Origin: Candidatus Latescibacterota bacterium
GTDB taxonomy: Bacteria; Latescibacterota; UBA2968
Reading direction: 5' to 3'
Length of the DNA: 64,000 bases
Assembly (NCBI GenBank): GCA_965204745.1
Contig: OZ242010.1
Span: forward strand, 1,248,001 to 1,312,000
In this document: positions 59,332 to 64,000 of the stretch, piece after piece
Numbering within the stretch: the stretch's first letter is position 1
Layout of the letters: the number at the start of each line of letters is the position of its first letter
Position numbers and translations under genes: made by a program
The notes under the pieces: generated by a model
The model's database searches: none
What the model saw: only the letters and a program-made list of their open reading frames with translations
Told to the model about the DNA's origin: nothing

Positions 59332-60339
59332 ATGTCGAACACTCAACCCGCTTTTGCCGGCATTGATGTCCTTGCCCACACGTTGTCCGTTGCCCTGTCC
59401 AGACCCGGACAAGGGGGCATGCAAGCCACCTTTGACAACGCGCCTCGGGCGCACAAGCACCTGTTGAAGTGGCTCACCCAGGGCGGGCGCATGGTCTCGG
59501 TCTGTCTCGAAGCGACCAGGCGTTCTAGCTTGGGGGTGGCCTTGGCCTTGCATCAGCATCGCTGTACGCAGGTCATGGTCGTCAATCCCAAAGCGATGAG
59601 CAAGTACGCTCACGCCTGCATGCAACCGGCAAAGACGGATGCGAAGGATGCGTTGTTGATCCGCGATGATGCCGAGCGCATGCCCTTTGTGCCTTGGCAA
59701 GCGCCGAGCGAGCACCGGTGCCAACTGCAAGCCCTCACCAGACGCATTGACCAACTCAAGCAGGAGATCATCCGCGAACAGAGCCGCAGCCACGCGCAGA
59801 GCGACCCCATCCGGAGCACACGGCGCATCGCACGCGATATTCAGGTGAATATTCGACCCCTCAAACGCCGCATTGCCTACTTGGAAGACCAAGCCCTCAA
59901 ACTCGTTTTGCACGACGAGACTCAAAAGCGTGCCTACCAGCACCTCTGCTCGGTGCCCGGTATCGCCCAAACGAGTGCCTTGCGACGCTTGACCGAGCTG
60001 GCCTCCTTGCCAGACGCGATGGAACCGCCCCAATGGGTCGCTCATGCAGGCCTGGATCCCAAACCCAAACAATCCGGGATGACCAACCCGGAAAGACGCA
60101 TCTCGAAAACCGGGAATAAGTACCTCCGCCATGCCCGCTCTATGCCTGCCTGGATGGCCAGCAGACACGAAGTCCATGTCAAAGCCTTCTATGACCAACT
60201 CATTGCCCGCGGCAAGAAACCTTTGCAGGCTATCGTTGCGGTGATGCGAAAATTGCTCCATGCGATCTGGGGCATGTTGCGGCATGACCAAGATTTTGAG
60301 GGCGAGAAATTCTATCGAATCGCCCCGCAATCCCCTTGA
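59332..60339 (+). CDS. IS110-family recombinase, probably degenerate
   Basis: DEDD residues and QSG retained, but ATRRSS replaces ATGLYS and HARSM replaces HALYM. Confidence 0.88.
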   Translation: MSNTQPAFAGIDVLAHTLSVALSRPGQGGMQATFDNAPRAHKHLLKWLTQGGRMVSVCLEATRRSSLGVALALHQHRCTQVMVVNPKAMSKYAHACMQPAKTDAKDALLIRDDAERMPFVPWQAPSEHRCQLQALTRRIDQLKQEIIREQSRSHAQSDPIRSTRRIARDIQVNIRPLKRRIAYLEDQALKLVLHDETQKRAYQHLCSVPGIAQTSALRRLTELASLPDAMEPPQWVAHAGLDPKPKQSGMTNPERRISKTGNKYLRHARSMPAWMASRHEVHVKAFYDQLIARGKKPLQAIVAVMRKLLHAIWGMLRHDQDFEGEKFYRIAPQSP

Positions 60340-60442
60340 CCTTTAAGAGAGTATCTTACCTCTTGCCTCTTACTTGGGATAGGGCTTGCGGTAGGGTTGT
60401 GGGGGTAATCCGCGCAATCCCCTAATCCGTTTAATCCGCGAT

Positions 60443-61846
60443 TCAAACACATATTGAGGCGATGAAGTGCCTTTCGCGTTGGCTTTGGCACACGCGCTGC
60501 TCGATGGCTTCTGGGTCGCCCCAAATTTCCAAGAGCCGGGCGCGCATGGCGTCGCGTATTTCGCGGTGTTCGGCGGACTCCGATAGGTCGTTAAATTCCC
60601 CGGGGTCTTCTGCGATGTTGAACAATTCGGGCGCGTCTCCCAAACTGAGGTTGAGTTTGTAATCGCCCTGTTTGAGCATGGCCACGGGACGGAGAACCCC
60701 GTGCGCGAGGTATTCGCAAAAGGCTTCGTCTTTCCAGGTTTCGGCGTCGCCCGCGATCAGGGGCAAGAGGCTGTCGCCATCGAGGGGGGCGATTTCTTTG
60801 GACGCGCCGCTCATGTCGAGGATGGTGGCGACGAGATCGACTAAGGAGACATTTTGTGGGACGCGCAATCCCCCCGGAATTTGCCCGGGCCAGACGATCT
60901 GAAGGGGCACGCGAGCAGAGGCTTCATACATGTTGGACTTGCGCCACATGCCGTGTTCGCCATTCATCTCCCCGTGGTCAGATGTATGGATGATGATGGT
61001 GTTGTCGCGTTGTGCGGTTTCTTCAAGCGCGTCGATGAGCCTGCCGATTTTTTCATCCAAATACGTGATGAGGCCGTAATAACCCGCACGGGCGCGGCGC
61101 ACGAGGTGCTCTGGAAAATCGACCAACCCAAACATCGCGCGCAGGCGTTTGTACACCGGGTGCATGTTTTCGAGATGGCCCTCGGGGATTTCGGGCATGT
61201 CGATTTGATCGCGGGGATACAGATCCCAAAATCGCCGGGGGACGACGAGCGGGAAATGCGGCGCGATGAACCCCACGTTGAGGCACCACGGGCGGTCTTT
61301 GTCCGCGGCGGCTTTGATATAGGCGAGCGCGGCTTCTTCGACTCGATCATCCACTTCTATGGACGTGGTCGTGCCCGGCCCGGCTTCTGCCACACCCCCC
61401 CACGGCTTTTTGGCTTTCACAATGCCCGCTTCCCAATTTGCCGCGCCGTGCGGAACGCCGTTTTTCGTCCACAATTCAGCGTGCAGGTCGCGGGCGAGTT
61501 GCGTGCGGAACCCGTGCAATTGGTCCGGGCCGCAAAAGTGCTGCTTGCCGGAGAGGACCACATCGTAGCCCACGTTTCGCAAGCGATGCGCCCATGTGAC
61601 CGTGTCCGACGACATGGGAAAGCCATTATCATACGTGCCAATGCGATAGATGTACCGCCCGGTCATGAAAGACATGCGCGACGGCCCGCAAATCGGCGAG
61701 TTGCAATACGCATTGTCAAACGTGACCCCCATTTCGGCCATGCGTTCCATGTTGGGCGATTGCACCAGCGAATGCCCATACACGCTGCTGTATTGCGGCG
61801 CGTGCTCGTCAGACATGATGATGAGGATATTGGGTTGATCAGCCAT
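60443..61846 (-). CDS. Choline-sulfatase-like sulfatase
   Basis: PNILIIMSDEH, CGPSRMSFMTG, GKQHFCGPDQLHGF, SDHGEM. Confidence 0.9.
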   Translation of the reverse strand: MADQPNILIIMSDEHAPQYSSVYGHSLVQSPNMERMAEMGVTFDNAYCNSPICGPSRMSFMTGRYIYRIGTYDNGFPMSSDTVTWAHRLRNVGYDVVLSGKQHFCGPDQLHGFRTQLARDLHAELWTKNGVPHGAANWEAGIVKAKKPWGGVAEAGPGTTTSIEVDDRVEEAALAYIKAAADKDRPWCLNVGFIAPHFPLVVPRRFWDLYPRDQIDMPEIPEGHLENMHPVYKRLRAMFGLVDFPEHLVRRARAGYYGLITYLDEKIGRLIDALEETAQRDNTIIIHTSDHGEMNGEHGMWRKSNMYEASARVPLQIVWPGQIPGGLRVPQNVSLVDLVATILDMSGASKEIAPLDGDSLLPLIAGDAETWKDEAFCEYLAHGVLRPVAMLKQGDYKLNLSLGDAPELFNIAEDPGEFNDLSESAEHREIRDAMRARLLEIWGDPEAIEQRVCQSQRERHFIASICV

Positions 61847-61929
61847 AGATGCTCCTTAACAAACTCCGTCTCTCCTCTTACCTCTCCCCTCTTGCCTCTT
61901 ACGCCTTTCCCCTCTCGCCTCCATTTGCA

Positions 61930-62793
61930 TCAGAGTTCAACATCCACCTTTTCGCCCGATGCCTGCGATTTTTCCAGGGCTTCGAGCATCGCGACGGGCG
62001 CGAGCATGGAACGGTCGGTTTCATCGGTTTCGCCCGTGCGGAACATGTGGCAAAAGTCGCGGATGCCCGTGAGATAGGTGTTTTCATCGTAGGCGATTAC
62101 GCGGTCGATGCGTCCCTTTTCACACAGAACGGAAATGTGGAAATCCGGGCGGCCTTCGCCAATGAGATTCATCGTGGAGATCGCGCTGCTTGCCGAGTAC
62201 AGGGTCGCGGTGTGATTTTGCTTCCCGCGGTTGAGTTGGGCATGTACCACATCGCCATCGAGCAGGCGCGAGACCATATCGACTTGGTGAATGCCATAAA
62301 AAAACACGCCGCCGTACTCGGAATCGATATCGCAAGGCCCGGTCGAAACGACGGACAGAATGCGCCCGAGTTCGCGCACCTCTCTTTGCACCTGCACAAA
62401 TGACGCCTGCTTGGGCAATACCGAGAAGGAACACACGGGCACGCCGAGTTCGCGTGCACGGTCGAGAAATTCGCGGCCCTCATCGACGCGGTAGCAAAAG
62501 GGCTTATCGACGAAGAGTGGGATTTTGGCCTCCAGCAATGGCCGCACAGCGGGCAGGTGATATTTTGCGTGCCGGTGATCGACAATGGCCGCGTCAACCC
62601 GGCCGATCAGGTCTTCGGGATGTTGCGCGATATTGGGAATCTGCCCCCGCTCGCATGCGTCTCGCGCATCGCTCGGGGTTTCGCCCCACACATGGGTCAC
62701 GCTAAAATCGGGCACGCGCTTTTCGATGTTGATGGTTTTTGCGATGGCGACGGTATGGCTGTTTTCCGCGCCGATAATGCCAATGGTGATCAT
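61930..62793 (-). CDS. Gfo/Idh/MocA-family oxidoreductase
   Basis: IGIIGAENSH, PLFVDKPF, YGIH. Confidence 0.85.
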   Translation of the reverse strand: MITIGIIGAENSHTVAIAKTINIEKRVPDFSVTHVWGETPSDARDACERGQIPNIAQHPEDLIGRVDAAIVDHRHAKYHLPAVRPLLEAKIPLFVDKPFCYRVDEGREFLDRARELGVPVCSFSVLPKQASFVQVQREVRELGRILSVVSTGPCDIDSEYGGVFFYGIHQVDMVSRLLDGDVVHAQLNRGKQNHTATLYSASSAISTMNLIGEGRPDFHISVLCEKGRIDRVIAYDENTYLTGIRDFCHMFRTGETDETDRSMLAPVAMLEALEKSQASGEKVDVEL

Positions 62794-62966
62794 GGTGTCG
62801 TTCCTTTCAATAAAAGGTGAGAGGTGAGAGGCAAGACGGGAGAAGACCTACACGCACTGCTCGCCTTTCAACGACCTCTCGCCAGTTGTACCCCTTTTGT
62901 GCCTTTTGTGCCTCTTGTGGCTAAACTTCCATCTCACCTCTCGCCTCTCACCTCTCGCCTCTCGCT

Positions 62967-64000
62967 TTAACTCCACAATCGGTCATTCACGCGCTCATTG
63001 TTCCACGCATCGGTAGGCTCGAAATAGCCGGGCAAGTCCGGGTTGATGTGTGCTTTGAGGGCGGCTTCGTTGAGGTCGATGCCGAGTCCGGGGGTGTCGG
63101 GCACGCGGATGGAGCCGTTTTGGACGATGGGATTGGGCAAGCCCGTGACGAGTGTGTTCCAAGGCGGATAATCCACTGCGTGGCACTCGAGCGCGAGAAA
63201 ATTGTGCGTGGCAGCAGCGCAATGCACGCTGGCCATGGTCGCGACGGGCGTGGCGGCCATGTGTAGTGCCATGGGAATGCCGCATTCTTCGGCGTAGTCG
63301 CCAATGCGCTTGGTTTCGAGGATGCCGCCCGAGGTGGCGAGGTCCGGGTGGATGATGGACACGGCGCGGTTGTCGAGGAGGGGTTTGAAATTTTCGAGGA
63401 GATAAATGTCTTCGCCCGTGCAAACCGGGGTCGCGGTTGCGTTTTTGAGGCGCGCCCATTGATCGGTGAATTGCCACGGGATCATGTCTTCGAGCCACGC
63501 GAGGTTGAACCGCTCGAGGGCGCGCGCGAGGCGGATGCACGATTCGACATTGATATGCCCGAAGTGATCCGCGGCCAGAGGGATTTCGTAGCCGACGATA
63601 TCGCGCACGACCGCCACGTATTGAACGAGCGCGTCAATGCCTTTGTCCGTGAGTTGGATGCCGGTAAACGGGTGCATGACCTGCGCGGTTTCCAGCATGC
63701 CAGCGGGACGGGATGGGTTGCGCGCCTCGCGGTAATACGGATGGTGAAGCGCGGTTTCCAACATGCCAGCGGGATGGGATACCGCGCCGTCAATGCCTTT
63801 GATCAAGCGCACGCCAATGTCCATTTTGAGGAACGTAAAGCCGCTGTCCATGCGCGCTTTGAGGCGGTTGCCCATTTCTTCTGGGTTTGGGGTTGAAGCC
63901 GTGTCGCAGTAGATGCGGATGTCGTCGCGGAATTTGCCGCCCGCGAGTTGGTAACAGGGCACGCCATACGCCTTGCCCGCCAAGTCCATCAGCGCCATTT
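62967..64000 (-). CDS. Mandelate racemase/galactonate dehydratase-like enolase-superfamily enzyme (5' end outside window)
   Basis: FLKMD, AADH, WLEDMIPW, CTGED, PGLGI. Confidence 0.88.
   Translation of the reverse strand, partial: MALMDLAGKAYGVPCYQLAGGKFRDDIRIYCDTASTPNPEEMGNRLKARMDSGFTFLKMDIGVRLIKGIDGAVSHPAGMLETALHHPYYREARNPSRPAGMLETAQVMHPFTGIQLTDKGIDALVQYVAVVRDIVGYEIPLAADHFGHINVESCIRLARALERFNLAWLEDMIPWQFTDQWARLKNATATPVCTGEDIYLLENFKPLLDNRAVSIIHPDLATSGGILETKRIGDYAEECGIPMALHMAATPVATMASVHCAAATHNFLALECHAVDYPPWNTLVTGLPNPIVQNGSIRVPDTPGLGIDLNEAALKAHINPDLPGYFEPTDAWNNERVNDRLWS

Larger units (their letters stand above)
59066..60356 (+). mobile_element. IS110 copy C (full length, 1291 bp)
   Basis: Left end TGTATGTT; right end AGAGAGTATCT; CT core at both junctions; flanked by heptamer repeat units. 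Confidence 0.92.

Overview
A GC-rich bacterial chromosomal window, dense in repeats and IS relics. The mix of sulfatases, TRAP parts, GLUG/Calx-beta adhesins, an MTase-HNH fusion and heptamer repeats suggests a host-associated, possibly sponge-symbiont, lineage; that assignment is inference only. Housekeeping genes include ilvB with a leader-peptide attenuator, archaeal-type pheS/pheT, nadA, an ECF sigma operon and an alternative sigma-70. The strongest signal is a set of three related IS110 elements (starting at about 15487, 49036 and 59066). Their 5' non-coding regions have the IS621-type bridge-RNA layout, with a conserved donor loop and a CT core. Their target-guide segments differ between copies, and each matches that copy's own insertion site. 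Two copies sit in TCTYRCC-type heptamer repeats and one in a MITE hairpin. A 7-bp probable IS110 scar, an inverted orphan left end, and a single GTAG-REP palindrome inserted in one transposase gene are also visible. Other notable items: a promoter-flanked three-stem RNA followed by twin terminators (7148-7426); three large secreted proteins sharing a near-identical tandem dockerin-like C-terminal tag, two of them forming an inverted duplicated cassette, one with a C22 tract before its RBS; and two small toxin-antitoxin/immunity-like pairs. All alignments and folds were done by eye.
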